64,000 nucleotides of DNA. It comes from the human T2T-CHM13v2.0 reference genome, Homo sapiens. Shown piece after piece: positions 13,266 through 29,680 of this stretch (position 1 is its first letter; every line of letters begins with the position of its first letter). The notes beneath the pieces are model-generated. The model made no database searches. It was not told where the DNA came from and saw only the letters and a list, made by a program, of their open reading frames with translations. The stretch lies in assembly GCF_009914755.1 (NCBI RefSeq), contig NC_060925.1; one strand, given 5' to 3'. Both the position numbers and the translations under genes were made by a program.

Positions 13266-13510
13266 CATGCAGTGGCATAATCATGGCTCACTGCAGCCTT
13301 GTCCTCCTGGGCTCAAGACATCCTCCCGCCTCAGCCTCCAGTGTAGCTGAAACTATAGGCATGTGTTACCACACCCAGCTAATTTTTGATTTTTTGTGGA
13401 GACAGGATCTCGCTGTGTTGCCCGGGCTGGTCTCAAACTTCTGGACACAAACAATCCTCCACATTGGCCTCCCAAAATGCTGGAATTACAGGTGTGAGCC
13501 ACTGGACCAG
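13266..13510 (-). mobile_element. AluJ whose 3'-most ~35 nt are replaced by unrelated sequence
   Basis: AluJ diagnostics catggctcactgcagcc and ctcctgggctcaag. A probable T-rich tail lies at 13186-13228. Confidence 0.85.
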
Positions 13511-14450
13511 CAGGACTCTAAATTTTGGTAAGATAAACACTGGTGTGGTGAAGTAATTGAGTGTCCTTCTTTAAACCATTAAATTATGTTTCATTTGGCA
13601 TCAAATACCATAATCTCTGTCTCTTTACATCATGTCAAGCATCTATGACCACAGACATGAGAATTTGAGAATTAAGCTCCTGAATCTTTCTTTTTCACTG
13701 AACCGATGTTGACAGTGGGCGGTGCCTTCCACAGACAAAGATAAGGTACCATGTGAGGTTGCCAGGAAGAAAACTGCAGCCAGGACAGACCACCTAAATT
13801 GTAGAAAGCTTTCTGCTAAAGGAAGGAAGGTTTCCAAGGAGAAGAAAATGTGTGTCCTCAGGGAGTATTAAAGCGCTAGTGTTGGAAAACTGTGAAGCAC
13901 ACCTGTTCTCAGGATTGGCATGAAATCCAATGTTGATATTGATAAGTTTTCTATGGAAATGAAGTTTGTTTTCATTTGCCCTTACCCTCCTCTTCTGTGC
14001 TTCTTTTCATGTCTTTGCAATGACCTTCCTTAGGTACCTACCTTAATCCTATGGTTGTATTGCTTTTTAGATAAAACTTAAGAGAGGATACTTGACAGGC
14101 TTTCTCTATAGCATTTGATTATAGGGTGAATATATCCTCTTGAAATTTGCTGTTATAATTTCCCTCACCTGCTGTTGTTTTTCTACATTTTAAATGGTTC
14201 TTTTTCAATCTCCTTAATAACCTTCTCTTTCTCTACTTACCTTGTGAGATTTGGCATGCCCGCCTTGATCACTAATCATTACAGAAGATTGCTAATTGTT
14301 TACTCATATCTATTGCATTCCTGTATGGTAGTTGCATATCCATTTTCCTCTTCCTCCTTGGTAACAGAACTTCTGTGTTCATCTGGATTCATTGTTCAAC
14401 AGGCTTAAAAACTACTTGTTCTCTCTTCCAGCTAGATGTGACCATGTGGC

Positions 14451-14563
14451 GAGGGTAGACAACTATCCTGATTTGCCTAAAAGTGAGGAATTTTCTGTGA
14501 TGTGAGAGTTTCAGTAATAAAACTGGAAAAATCCCAGGCAAACCTAAATGAATTGGTCGCCTT
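14451..14563. mobile_element. hAT-Blackjack MITE (MER81/MER94-type) inside an MLT-like LTR remnant
   Basis: Termini agggtagacaac and ttggtcgcctta. Degenerate 8-bp TSD catgtggc/cctgtgac. Confidence 0.7.
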
Positions 14564-14628
14564 ACCTGTGACTAACATCTAGCTAAATGTGAAGGAAGTG
14601 TAGTGTGGGTGTAGGTTTCTCTTTTTAA

Positions 14629-15037
<409 letters not shown>

Positions 15038-15517
15038 CAGTCCTTCTTAATAATATATATAAAATCTGACCTTGTAACTCTAAACTTATATTGGTTTAGC
15101 TCCTCGTGATGTCTCTCTTGGACAATAAATTGTCTCAAATATTTATAAAGTATGCAGTATTATTGATAGAGACATCCAGAATTATCTTTTTGAACACATC
15201 TCTGATCATGTGCCTTCCTAAATTAAAATCCTTGTTATTGCCTTCAAGGTATAATGTAAAATCAATAGCTAGGCCTATGACGTGCTTCAGAGTTGGCCTG
15301 CTCTAGCTCTGCCACATCGTCTTGTGCCAATCCATCATCACATGGATACTAGCACTGAACAGTTCTAGTCCACGGATACTACTAGTACTGTTCTCTTGTA
15401 TAGGACAAACACACTGGCTTTTAAGTGTGTCAAGGACTCCCTCAGTGCAGGGCCATTGCACATGCAGCTTCTTCGGTTTGGAACACTCTCTTCCCCACTG
15501 TGATCAAATGCTAAAAA

Positions 15518-16032
15518 CAGAGGTTTCCAAAATTTCTTGGTTCATGCCACCTTTAGTGACTCAGTAATTTCTCACAGTGTCTGTGGGTGCTCATACATAT
15601 TAATGTACTAACAACTCAGTTGCCATTTAAAAAGAAATACACTTGTGTTCAAAAAAATACTTCATATTTCTTTCTTAAATAATCACCATTACTTATCAAT
15701 GGGATATGTTCTTCTGTTGGGTGTTACAGAATTTCTCAAAGGTTAGCATTGGATTGGGCCTTGTCACCCTCATTTCTCATTCCACAATGATTTTTGCATG
15801 GTAACAGCTTTTCATCTAGAAACCACAGAAAACCCAGCTCTGCAAAGGTACTGCATCATCAAAAAAATATATATACTATAATCCAGTGTTAAAACTGTGA
15901 ACTCCCTTGAGGTCGTAGTTCATATGCTGCCTGACATTGCTCTCTTTTCCTAGCAATTTAAAAGTATCTCATGATTCTCCAAGGAGTTTCTGCAGTGCTC
16001 TAGAATACCTTGACACATAGTTTGGGAACCAT
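15518..16032. mobile_element. hAT-Charlie DNA transposon derivative (MER119/Charlie7-like)
   Basis: Terminal inverted repeats cagaggtttccaaa and tttgggaaccatg. atgctaaaa occurs on both flanks. Confidence 0.65.
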
Positions 16033-16335
16033 GATGCTAAAAGAATGGCACTGAAAATAATGCCATAGGAATTTATTAGGTCATTAAAACTGTATTGTTT
16101 CACAAAGACCTGTACTGATTGTTATGTTCAAGACATGGTAATTGTAAGCTACTGTGAGCTAAGAGTCTTTTTGTTTAAGATTTATCTTAGACTTTATTGT
16201 AAATATAAAACTTTCTGCATTATATGGTATTTGAGTTTAAAGGATGGATTGTATATGTCAGATTAGCGAGGAAGGCTAAAATTAAGGCTAAAAATATAAA
16301 CAAAAAATTCCTCCCTTATCTGACTATATAGCATT

Positions 16336-16762
16336 GTGATGAATATTGAAGTGTACCACCTAGATTGCCCCCTCAAGTTAGAAGCATGCATTCATCAGAT
16401 GCTGGGAGTATTGACTGCTGATAGATGGTGGGAATTGCACTTGGTCAAAATGAGCTGTTTTGCACAAAATTATGTTCTTTCTTTGGAGGCAGCCTATGTC
16501 TGATGACTATTAAATATGGCAGTACAATGACCCAGTTTCCTTGCCTAAATTGGGACATCTCTGAGGATCCATTGCTTCTCCACAGCTCTCCAAGGGCCTG
16601 GCTTGCACCTCTGTTAAACTGTATCACAGTTCGATCACTTCCTCTGCCTAATCTTGCTTCCCCCTTTTACTCTCAGATTTTGGTCCCAAGTGTGCTCTTC
16701 AGTAAACTTGTTGCTCACAAATCTCTACCTTACCGTGGTGGTAGAGTGCCTTACCTAAGACA
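16336..16762 (+). mobile_element. Solo LTR (LTR16-like, ERVL)
   Basis: TG...CA ends (tgtgatgaat...taagaca). Internal tgcctaaattgggacatctctgagg, an agtaaa poly(A)-signal-like motif and cacaaatctc. Confidence 0.65.
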
Positions 16763-18282
16763 AAATCATATCAAGTGTCTTCTACTCAAGTATTATATTA
16801 CTTATGAATATACCCTTTTGTATTGTTTTTGAGTTGGTAATTTATTTGAGTTTATACTGCTCTATTAAGAAGTCATTACACTGTATTAAGTACAAACTCT
16901 TAAAAACAATACATTGAACTATGTCTTAATGCCCCAATATGTTTTTCAAATTTTCTTTTATATTATGATAAGACAAAATTAAAAAAAAGAAAGAGCATGA
17001 CATTTAGCTTCTGACACACCTCCTCTTCCCAATAAAATTAACACATACATTTCAAGATATGGGAAAATCTTATATTTCTAGGAATTGTGGTTAACATATT
17101 TTAACATTTAAAGATAATAATTGTAAAGTTCTTAATTGTTTCCAAAAAACAAATTGTCTTCGCTACATTTTGTTGCATGCAAATACATGCATAAATAAGA
17201 ATATAACAAGTTTTTCTTTCTCATTTTATTGCCTCTCCAGGGACATAAAACAATGACTTTACTAAAATCATGCAACTTAATCTTCTGAGAAGTTGGATGT
17301 ATATAAATTCAGGATTTTAAATTTTTGGCATATTGATTTTTTAAATGATTAAACCATCAGGAATGTAGTAAATAGCAAAGGGCTTCACAATCTCAGTCAC
17401 TGTAGAAAAAGAGCGAGCAGAAAGCTTGGCAGAGGTGTGCAGTGTGGAGAAATGCAGAGGGTTGGATCCAGCCTTGGAACTGCATGATTCAGGGTGCAGG
17501 AGCATCAGTCATTAGTGGGACATTATCTGGCAATTCTGGAGGGATCTTGAGTCGTTTTGCAACAAGTTCCAAGCACACATAACACAATTCTTAGGGAGTT
17601 AGTGCTCTTACATTAGTCTGGCATTTTTGGATGGGTGCATATCATGAGCAAAAAGGTAGGATGACCCTGGATCCACAAAACATATTTGAAAACTATATCT
17701 CTGCTGTTTATTTTTAGAGTGCTTGTGGAAAGAGATAAATAAGTTGCTCAGATTACTCATTCAAGGGTAAAGTCACTTTAAAAAAATTGACAATGTAACA
17801 GTTTCAATTTTATCTGCATTGAGTCAAGTTTAGAATAACCATATTCAAGATAACAGTTGAAAGATAACCATTACAAAAATTTAAATCCGTGATTTATTTT
17901 TGCCAAAAGATGGTACTCATGTATCTGTTAAGATTGTTAAGGGAGATGTAAAGAAAAAAAACCACAACATTATTTCCATGAATCTGAAGGTATGAAACCT
18001 AGGGCTGTGGAATCATGGCAATATACTTGCATTTTACCATATTGCATTTGAAATGTAAACAACTTAATTTAAAAGATATGCTCCTGGAAATGTATTATTA
18101 AACAGCAGGCTCTCACAAGAGAGTTAACATGCCAAATTAAAGCACTTGTAAGTAAATGCCAGATTCTGCAACCATTTTACTATCTTCTATTTCAACAACA
18201 AAGCTGGAATGAAAGTATCAGAAGGACAAAAAAGGAAATAGTAAAACGATACATCAAAGGTACGTTTTGAAACTCAGAATTA

Positions 18283-20393
<2,111 letters not shown>

Positions 20394-20459
20394 TCATTGT
20401 TTTGCTAGGCAATCATGAAGATTGTGCCTTCTTTGTCTGCATAAGATGTGCTACTTAGC

Positions 20460-20690
20460 ATCTCTACTAACAATTATTGAGCATCTACTGTATACCTGGC
20501 ACTGTAATAAGTATTTAACATTCAGGATTTTACTTTATCCTTACAATAGCTTTAGGAAGTGTTATTCTTATCAAATTCATGTCATAGAAAACAGTGAAGC
20601 TAGTGATGACCTCATAGAGGTTAGTGATGGCAAACAGTGGGAGCCAATATTTGAATCTAATTCCAAATCTCACTGTCTTAACCACTATGC
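20460..20690 (-). mobile_element. MIR
   Basis: ttattgagcatctactgtatacctggcactg through tcttaaccactatgc. Confidence 0.75.
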
Positions 20691-20819
20691 TATAATAATA
20701 GCTCTGTAACTATTTTGTTTAAAATTTGGACCTCAGTTTATAGAATATATTATTTTAACTTTTTCATTTTTAATCCTCTGTGTAGTTAATTACTTTTCAT
20801 AAACACATTTGAAAGGGTG

Positions 20820-21000
20820 GCATATGTCCTAGAGTCCTACATCTTTGAACAGAATGCCAGTAATGCCACCCATTAGTGGTGTCATCTTGGACAGGCTTCT
20901 ATATCTGGAAAATAATAGTGCTTACTTTAAGGACTGTTGTGAAAAATATAAATAATACATTTATAGGGTTTATATCCAGTAAGTACTCAGTATATGGAAA
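20820..21000 (+). mobile_element. MIR
   Basis: tgtcatcttggaca, aataatagtgcttac and gttgtga motifs. Confidence 0.55.
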
Positions 21001-21859
21001 TAGTTATTTTCTGAAAGGATCTAACAAAATGTAATTGTTATTCTACAGGCAAACTCTAGGTCATCAGTAAGAAGAGAAAGTTCTGTGCAGAAAATTACTA
21101 AGGCAAACATTCATCCTTCAAGTAAAATTAGAACATATATTTTTGTATAGGCAACCCCCCCGAAATTCATTAAATATATAACTTCAGAATTATCTCTGTA
21201 AAGATGACTTTAAGTTGCAAAATAATTCTTTACTGAAAAATTCATCAAATGATACATTTTGAAGTTGCAATTTGTTTTAATGCATTCATAATGTAATACA
21301 AGTGACATGTTTTGTAATTACATAAAATGAGATGAAAGTTAAAATGATTATTCCAAATCATCAAATCCCAGTACTTTCATTATCAAATCAAGATTATTTC
21401 CAACTTTACAGTATTAATTATTCTGCATATTTCTTTTATACATAAAGTTCTGGATTAGTTTCTTTCCTGAGAAAAGGCCTGTGACAAATCATATCTGAAT
21501 CAAAATCTTACTGAATTTAAATAATTATCCTGGAAATGAGTGCACAATAAACTTGTTAAGTGAAGGCTAGGCATACAATCGAGGTAGTCAGTTGGTTTGT
21601 ATATTTTCTATTTTGAATAGTATTAGATTTAATTTAAACCCATGTATGTATTCCCAAATACCTAATTATGGCTATTTCCAGTGAGATTTTTTTTCAAGTA
21701 CAATTTAAATTTGAAAGTTCCCCAAAGTCATAACACAAATCTATGTTAAAAAATCTTGAGTCTCCTGGTGAATTTACTTTAACATGTCACCTCCTGCATT
21801 TTATTACATGGATTAGTCTTTAGAAATGAAGAACATCTGGCTTTTGCCTGCTGTATAAC

Positions 21860-21985
21860 ATCCTCCCATCCTCTTCTTCAGGCTAAATAACCCCAATTCC
21901 CCTAGCTTCTCATTCTAAATCCATTTTCTAGCATTTAAATCACTCTGCTGATCAACCTGGACCTCTTCAAATTTACTCACCTCTC
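21860..21985 (-). mobile_element. L3/CR1 3' fragment
   Basis: cttcttcaggctaaataaccccaattcc is a CR1 reverse-strand motif. Confidence 0.5.
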
Positions 21986-22524
21986 TGTTATGCTAAGCAG
22001 TCATAATTCATTAACTAGTTTTCAATCAGTAATAAAGCAGCTGTCACTCAATACATTCCCTGTTGTATGGCCCAATAGAAGAAAGACCACTCACACATAC
22101 AAACAGAGTTGTATCCAACTATGCTTTGGATGCACATATTTGTTTATATTCTTATGTATCAACTTAAAGATTTGTGTATCATGCACTATATGCCAAGCTT
22201 ATGTTACTCTTTATCAGACTCTTATTGGCATATACAATGTTCCTTGGCTGGTGATGATGGTGACATAGGGGTGAGCAATACAGACTTTTTCAGGTGCTTA
22301 TATTCCAGTATGGGATTCATATAATAAGAGAATACAAATAAAATGTAATTATTATAAAAATTAAAATATTAACAGTGCTAAAAAGAAAAATAAAGCACTT
22401 AAAAATAGAAGCAAGTTTAGGCACAGGGCATGTAATGATAAATAAGAAGTCAAGGATGTTTGTATTGGCTGGGAGATAAAAGTTTGAATCTATAATAATA
22501 TAATAATGACACTGATAAAACCTA

Positions 22525-22760
22525 TATGTTTATTGAGAGCTTACTAGGCAATCATGCATTATATCAACAATGGCATATGCATTATCTCATTTGATTATCA
22601 CAAAAATTTTACAAAGCAGATATTATTACTAGTCCCATTTTTCTAATGCTAAGATTGAGGCTTAAACAATTTTGGTAACTTTCTAAAGTCATCCAGTGAT
22701 TAATTGGCAAGGCCTGAAGCAAAACCAGGTTTTTAGGACTCCAGAGTTTAATTTCTTGCC
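22525..22760 (-). mobile_element. MIR
   Basis: tttattgagagcttacta, cccatttt, attgaggctt and ggtaactttctaaagtca motifs. Confidence 0.7.
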
Positions 22761-22779
22761 CTCTATTTGGTCAATTACA

Positions 22780-22856
22780 TTAATATAATTACATATTACA
22801 TATATAATATATATATATATACACACACACACTCATACATATACATATATACAAAT
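22780..22856. repeat. (TA)n(CA)n microsatellite
   Basis: Directly visible. Confidence 0.9.
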
Positions 22857-24469
22857 ACGCATTCAGAAACAAGGCCATATTGAGATACTTAGTTGCTCCA
22901 GTCATACAAATAATTTGGTGTCCTTAGAAAGGTTAATAATTTGGTATTCTGTCAAATTGATAGTCTAAAGATATTAGTTTAACATTTATTTGCGGGACAG
23001 GTTAAATGCTGTTAATGCTGTTAGCATAAGAGTGGAAAAGGAAATTCTCTGCTTTTTCTGTAATTCTGAGAAACGATATTCAACAAAACAAAAACTTTGT
23101 CTTCCTATGACAAAACCTACTCTTCTCAGAAGGATTTTTTGTGATGTTTTTATTACTCATGCATTTACTTGGGGTTCTCAGCCTATAACTACATTCCCCG
23201 TAGCTTTTCAAAATATTCCTTCCAACACTGTTAGCACTCTCCTGGGATTTTTAAACAAGACTTTCTTGTTCTGGAATGATATAAGCTTAATATAACTTTT
23301 TTTAACAGGATCTTTTGATATGGGCAATGTGACTAGGTGATCCAGAAACTTCAGAAACCGGCGTTGGTTTGCATCAGGTGCAAACAGGGGCAGAAACAAA
23401 GGGGCTAAAATCTTGAATCTGATGAAGTCTTCTATGTACTTAGTGTATATGAATCCTATGACATAGATTCCAATGCCCTAGGAACTAAAAAGAAACATGG
23501 AGAAAATTCATGCTTTTGTCTCTGGGCTGCCGAAGCTCTTACTTAGATTATACACGCACTAATCATGAAATTATTCACAAGTGGGTGTTTTTCTTAAGTT
23601 ATGAAACTGTAGCCTAAACGTATGATCCAGTTAATTTCTTTATCACTCTAGTGTGTTTGACATAAGGCTTATGTAAAGAAATATGTATTCTGGAGAACCA
23701 CTCTAAGATAATTTCTCCCATTTGCCATTGATGATTGCATTTAAATAATGAAAAATGACAAGTTTAAGTAAAGGCCAGAAGTTACCGTAATCTCCCACTT
23801 ACTAGTTCACCCTCAAAGGTCACTGACTTCATTCAACTTTCACTTTATCTCTCTTGCCTGTTAATTGTCTTTAGAAGGAACTGCTCTCTTTACATAATTG
23901 CTGCTACAGCCCTCCCTCTCCCATCCAGACCCCTTTCTTCCTTCATAGCATCTCCTCATCCACACATTTTCCTCCACACACTGCGAGAGATGAGCTTTAT
24001 TTGAAAGAAAAGATGATGCTTCTCTTTTACATGATGGCCCTCAATGAAAATGCTGTCCTCTCATTCTGCTCCTAGTCTTGCTTCTATTTCCAGGAACGAT
24101 GCCCCTCTTTGGACACTCTGCGTTCATAAATTGGGTTTGGCTTATTTAGGATTAGTGGCCCTCTTCTGGCTAAGTTTATGATATTCTGCTCTCTTTCTGT
24201 GGGAGACAGAGTCAGGCTCATTATGTTGAAATAATGTTTGCTGCTTAAAAGTTTTCACATAGAACCTTGAGCTCTTCAGGGAAAAGATACTATATAAATC
24301 CAATAAAGAATGAATACATGCATAATAAAAGGCTGGTCAATGCTGAGTATAGGGAGAAATTTTTTTTTTTGCTACTATGCAAGAGACACTGTAAATTACA
24401 ATTTTCCAAAAGCATAGCAGCTTATTAAAAGAAACAAGATTATCAGATATTTCCCTTCTCTCCTGAGAA

Positions 24470-24530
24470 TAAATGAGGAAGAAATGGGCTTAAATTGCAG
24501 AAGAAGGAATTTGGGTTAGATACAGTTTGT
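24470..24530 (+). mobile_element. L3/CR1 3' fragment
   Basis: gaagaaatgggcttaaattgcagaagaaggaatttgggttagata. Confidence 0.55.
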
Positions 24531-24769
24531 TTCTATGGGGCTATTACACTTAAGTAGCTCTGGTTAGTATGCCAGGGTCATTAAAAATGAGCTGAAGAAC
24601 AAATGGACCAGCAAATAATGTGAATCCTAATTTCCACAAATTGATTTCCATGCCATGAAAACATTCTTCATTTGCTGTATGACTTTGTGGATGGGGTAAA
24701 CACAACCATATCAAATTGATAGTGTCATTCCTGACTCACGAGATGAGGTCACATTGTGCTACAAACACA

Positions 24770-24975
24770 AGCTTGGAGATCAGAAAACAAACAAACAAAC
24801 ACAGCCCATGTATTCCAGACTCACTTTAACTTTGTGAACTTTGGCAGCTTGTTTGTCCTCTCAATACCTCAGCTATCTCAACTCGAAGCTGGAGAAATAT
24901 CTCCTACCTGTTAAGATTAGTAAGCAATTTAAAAAAGAATATCTGTAAAATGCATAGAATGGTGGTTAACACATA
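24770..24975 (+). mobile_element. MIR
   Basis: tgtgaactttggcag, cctcagctatctca and atctgtaaaatgc motifs. Confidence 0.55.
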
Positions 24976-26586
24976 TCCAGCCCCCATAACTAAGGCCAAC
25001 ATGTAAAAGAATATCTCCAATAAACAATTCATAAAATGGTATGCAAATAGTCAAACTGGAAGATCTAGTAGCCCAGGTCATCACAGAGTGACTACATGTG
25101 CTGATAGCTGTGGAACTGCAGTTCCTTAAAATCTTTTCCTAGAGTTTGAATATAGATGAATTATGAACAATATTTCTCAAGAGTATTTGCTATCTTCTTC
25201 CATATTTTGATGCTAGTGTGTGGCTTCTAGTTTCATATTCATCATCAATCATCCCTGGTTGAATTTAGAAACAATAGGAGTGAGATTTATGATTAAGCAT
25301 TTATCCGGATTTCCTTTTATAAACATTCAAAATAAAGAAGCAAAAAGGCACAAACACACCAAGACAAAATAAGAACAAAGAGAGATGAGCTAACAAAAGA
25401 AGTCAACCTTCTAGAAACTGAAAAGCAGATGATGCATGCTGACAGAGTCAACAGACATGAAAAATCTTATGTTGTTGGGGATGAGGTGGAAATTGGAAAC
25501 AAGCAAGTTTCCTTTGCTGAAGCAGAAAACTCCAGAAGACTCTCTTAAATTTGAATGACCAGTTACCTGCACGAGCAGGTGTACAAGTTGAGGCTGGAAC
25601 TGGGATGTGTGATATGTCTTTAAATTTCCAGATCCCCTCCCTAACTTCCCATAGTCAGGTGATTCTGTCTTTCCCATTGGCAGAAACCTGAAGTTTTACT
25701 GTCTAGAATGGTAAAATTACATGTGTTTTGCACTTGAGGCACTAGACTCATTAGAGGGTGGAGGTGAGACTTGCTATTAAAAGCAAGAGGTTTGTTTTAC
25801 TTTATTCAATTGGAAAAGAATCTTATTTTATTAATTAGAGAAAATAAACATGGAGATTTACTCTGGCAGGCAACCCTAAGATATTCTTTTCTTTCTTTTA
25901 GAATGATGAAAAAAATCAGAAGCTTGAAGTGTAAAACACTGAATTTTCCATCTAAGGCCATCCCTTTGTTACTATGAGCAAGAGCCCTGACACTGGTATT
26001 TTAACAAGATCCTCACGAGATACTGGGGCATAACCTTTGTAGGAGGAATAGAACACCAGTGGCCAATACTTAGCTAAGCAACTTAGGAAAACTCAGACAG
26101 GAGTAACTTGGGAGGATATCCCAGGATTCACGAGAGTAGACAGGTAGTCTCTTAAAGTCTACGTTTGCCAATAACCTTGCAGAATTTGGAAACCTTCTAG
26201 TAATTCTTCAAGTCTTATAATAACCTATATCAGCCAAGAAGATTTAGAGAGATAGAACATCCCTTACCAAGAATTGTCATAAGAGATCTCCTATTTTTGT
26301 CTTTTTTTAAATTCTGAAATGTCCCTTCTAAAGATATTTTACAAACCTCAAGTTTACCTTTGTTATTTCTGCTACACTTCATTTAGTAGTACATCAATCA
26401 GTCAATCAGTCAACAAACATCATTAAATTCCTTCTCTTTACTAGGCTGTAATAGGTGTTGCTGAACAAGAAAAATGACTAATACTTGATCCTTCTCCACA
26501 AAGAAATCAGAGTCTAGTGGAAGTAGTTAGATAAGATACTGATTTAGAGAATACGACATGTAGTTTGATAGAAATAGGGAGAAAAA

Positions 26587-26913
<327 letters not shown>

Positions 26914-27104
26914 TCAACTTATGAATTGGAGTAGGTTTGTCTGGGAGAAAAGAGTATAAGGAATATTTTCTATAGTTAATAATAGTCTGGTTCTTCCTGG
27001 AAGAGCCCAGTCCACTTTTCCTTCCTCTTTCTTAGGTAATCAGAGTGTAAGACAAGGTGGTATGATGACCATAACAGATGGATTTGCAGTTTTCTTCATT
27101 CCTC

Positions 27105-27529
27105 TTTTTTAAATCTTTTTTTCAACTTTTATTTTAGGATCAAGGGGGTGGGTACATGTACATGTTTGTTACATGGGTAGATTTTGTGTCACTGGACTTT
27201 GGTGTACAAAATAATTTGTCCCTCAGGTAGTGAGCATAGAACCTGACAGGTAGTTTTTCGACCCTGATCCTCCTCCCACCCTCCCCAGTAGGCCCTGGGG
27301 TCTATTGTTCCCATCATTGTGTCCATGTGTACTCAATGTTTAGCTCCCACTTGTAAGTGAGAACATGTGGCATTTGGGTTTCTGTTCCTGCATCAATTTG
27401 CTTAGGATAATGGCCTCCTGCTGCATCCATGTTGCTTGAAAGGACATGTTTTCATTTTTTATGTTTGCGTAGTATTTCATGGTGTATATTTATCACATTT
27501 CCTTTTTCCAGTCCACCATTGGTGGGCAT
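27105..27529 (-). mobile_element. L1PA15/16-type 3' end, copy 1
   Basis: caacttttattttag, gtacatgt, caggtagtgagcatag and tagctcccacttgtaagtgagaacatg motifs. Confidence 0.85.
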
Positions 27530-27530
27530 G

Positions 27531-27816
27531 CTTTAGATTCACGGAGTACATGTACAGGTTTGTTACTTGGGTATGTTGCATGTTGCTGAGGTTTGGCATA
27601 CAAATGATACCCTTACTCAGGTACTGAGCATAGTACCTTACTGTTAGTTTTTCAACCCTTGCCCTTCTCCCTTCCTCCTCTAGTAGTCTCCAGTGTCTAC
27701 TGTTGCCATCTTTATGTTCATGAGTACCCAATGTTAATCTCCCATTTTTAAGTGAGAACACGCAGTATTTGGTTTTCTGTTCCTAAGTTAATTTGCATAG
27801 GATAATGGCCTCCAGC
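27531..27816 (-). mobile_element. L1PA15/16-type 3' end, copy 2 (tandem, tail missing)
   Basis: tttagattca, gtacatgtacaggtttgttac and ggataatggcctccagc motifs. Confidence 0.85.
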
Positions 27817-28039
27817 AAGCAGGAGATGTAATATAAATGTACTCACATAAAGATAAGACTCCAACATGCTTCATCCTGTTTTCCTCCCTTCTTTCCTTGG
27901 ATATGGATAGTTTATTTCATCGGTATCCTTGCCTCCTTCTTCATTTCAGTATCCAAGCCAAGGAAATTTTAAAGATTCCTTCATTGAGGAAAATAACCAG
28001 CTCCAGGTAATAGCAAGGGTCTCTCCGAGATCACCTTAG

Positions 28040-28215
28040 AGCAAATATTTTCAAACTTGCCTGCATTTTAGAATATCTGAGGGAGATTTTAAGTATCCTG
28101 ATGCTTGTGTCATACCTCAAATCAATTGAGTCACAGTATCTGGACTGAGACCAATGTATTGATATTTTTAAAAGCATTCAGCAGCCCGAGGGTGAGGCCC
28201 ATCAGTCAAGAAACC
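28040..28215. mobile_element. MER5-type hAT MITE
   Basis: ttttcaaacttgcctgcattttagaatatctgaggg through tatttttaaaagc. Confidence 0.6.
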
Positions 28216-28874
28216 TTGTCCTTATACAGGGTTGTCACTTTGTTTTTAGTGCTTCTATCATTGTCACTAAGGATTTGAAGAAACTTTTAAAGTGAAAGAA
28301 AGAGACAAAAGAGAAAGAGAAAAAAATGAGAACATGAAATTCATAGAAACAATGCAGAAAGGAGACACTCCAATGGCTCCAATGAATTTTTAAAATAAAG
28401 ATATTGAACATATGGAAAAAGAACAGATCACAATACAGAAGATAAAAATCAATGAACTTCAGTTCTTTTCTATTCTGAAATTTTAAAGGTCACATTATTT
28501 AACAAATTGTAAAATAGATCTCTAGCCTGATGTCTTCAGCCTCATCACTCTACAGACTCCCACTTGTTGCTCTCAGCTCCAGCAACCCTGGATCATCATC
28601 TACTCCCTCCCCAGCTCCATGGTCCAGGTTATTTCTGTCCTTGAAGCTTGTCTATATGCTGTTCCATTTGTGTGAATGCCTATTTTGTCTTAGTAGTACC
28701 TCTTCTTATCCAGAAGACAGCACAGATTTCACTTCTGCTAGCATTCTTTTTCTCTCTTTTCAAGTCAGAATTAGATTAGAAATCTACACAATATTATGTA
28801 TTATGTAATATTACAATAATAATGTATTATCTTTTTCTTATGGTTGACTTCTATAACATGCAGATTAAAACCAC

Positions 28875-29155
28875 AACACAGGAACAGAAAACCAAACACC
28901 GCATGTTCTCACTCATAAGTGGGAGTTGAACAATGAGAACACATGGACGCAGAGAAGGGAATATCACACACCAGGGCCTGTCGGGGGTGGGGGTCTAGGA
29001 GAGGGATAACATTAGGAGAAATGGCTAACGTAGATGATGGGTTAATGGGTGCAGCAAACCAGCATGGAATGTGTATACCTATGTAACAAACCTGCACCTT
29101 CTGCACATGTATCCTAGGACTTAAAGTATAATAATAAAAAAATAATAATAATAAC
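28875..29155 (+). mobile_element. L1PA7/8-type 3' end
   Basis: acacaggaacagaaaaccaaacaccgcatg through acttaaagtataataat. Probable TSD aaaa(c/a)cacaa at ~28867 and ~29468. Confidence 0.92.
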
Positions 29156-29477
<322 letters not shown>

Positions 29478-29489
29478 TTAAGGAATTAG

Positions 29490-29680
29490 ACAGATCTTGG
29501 CTCTGCCATTTTTAGTATTTGAAATCTGTATTCTTGAGCAAGCAACTGACTTTATTTTTCTGAACATCAGTTTCTTCATTTCTAAATGAAGCTAATAGTA
29601 ATAATAATGCCTATGTTGCCAGGTTGTAGTGAATACAAAATCCAGTCACTGTCCACATCACTTGGTACATAGTAAGCACA
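29490..29680 (+). mobile_element. MIR
   Basis: ggctctgcca, cttgagcaag, cagtttcttcatt and tggtacatagtaagcac motifs. Confidence 0.7.

Noticed and set aside
16425-16832. 135-aa ORF, and similar ORFs at 3654, 14641, 32920, 51258 and 53376
   Set aside because: Chance read-throughs of LTR, Alu or L1 5'UTR sequence.
17400-17700. GC-richer unique stretch, possible enhancer
   Set aside because: No specific evidence without conservation or chromatin data.
21049-23340. Possible exons after ctacAG (21049) and ttaacAG (~23309)
   Set aside because: Weak or absent donors, and no consistent frame or recognisable product.
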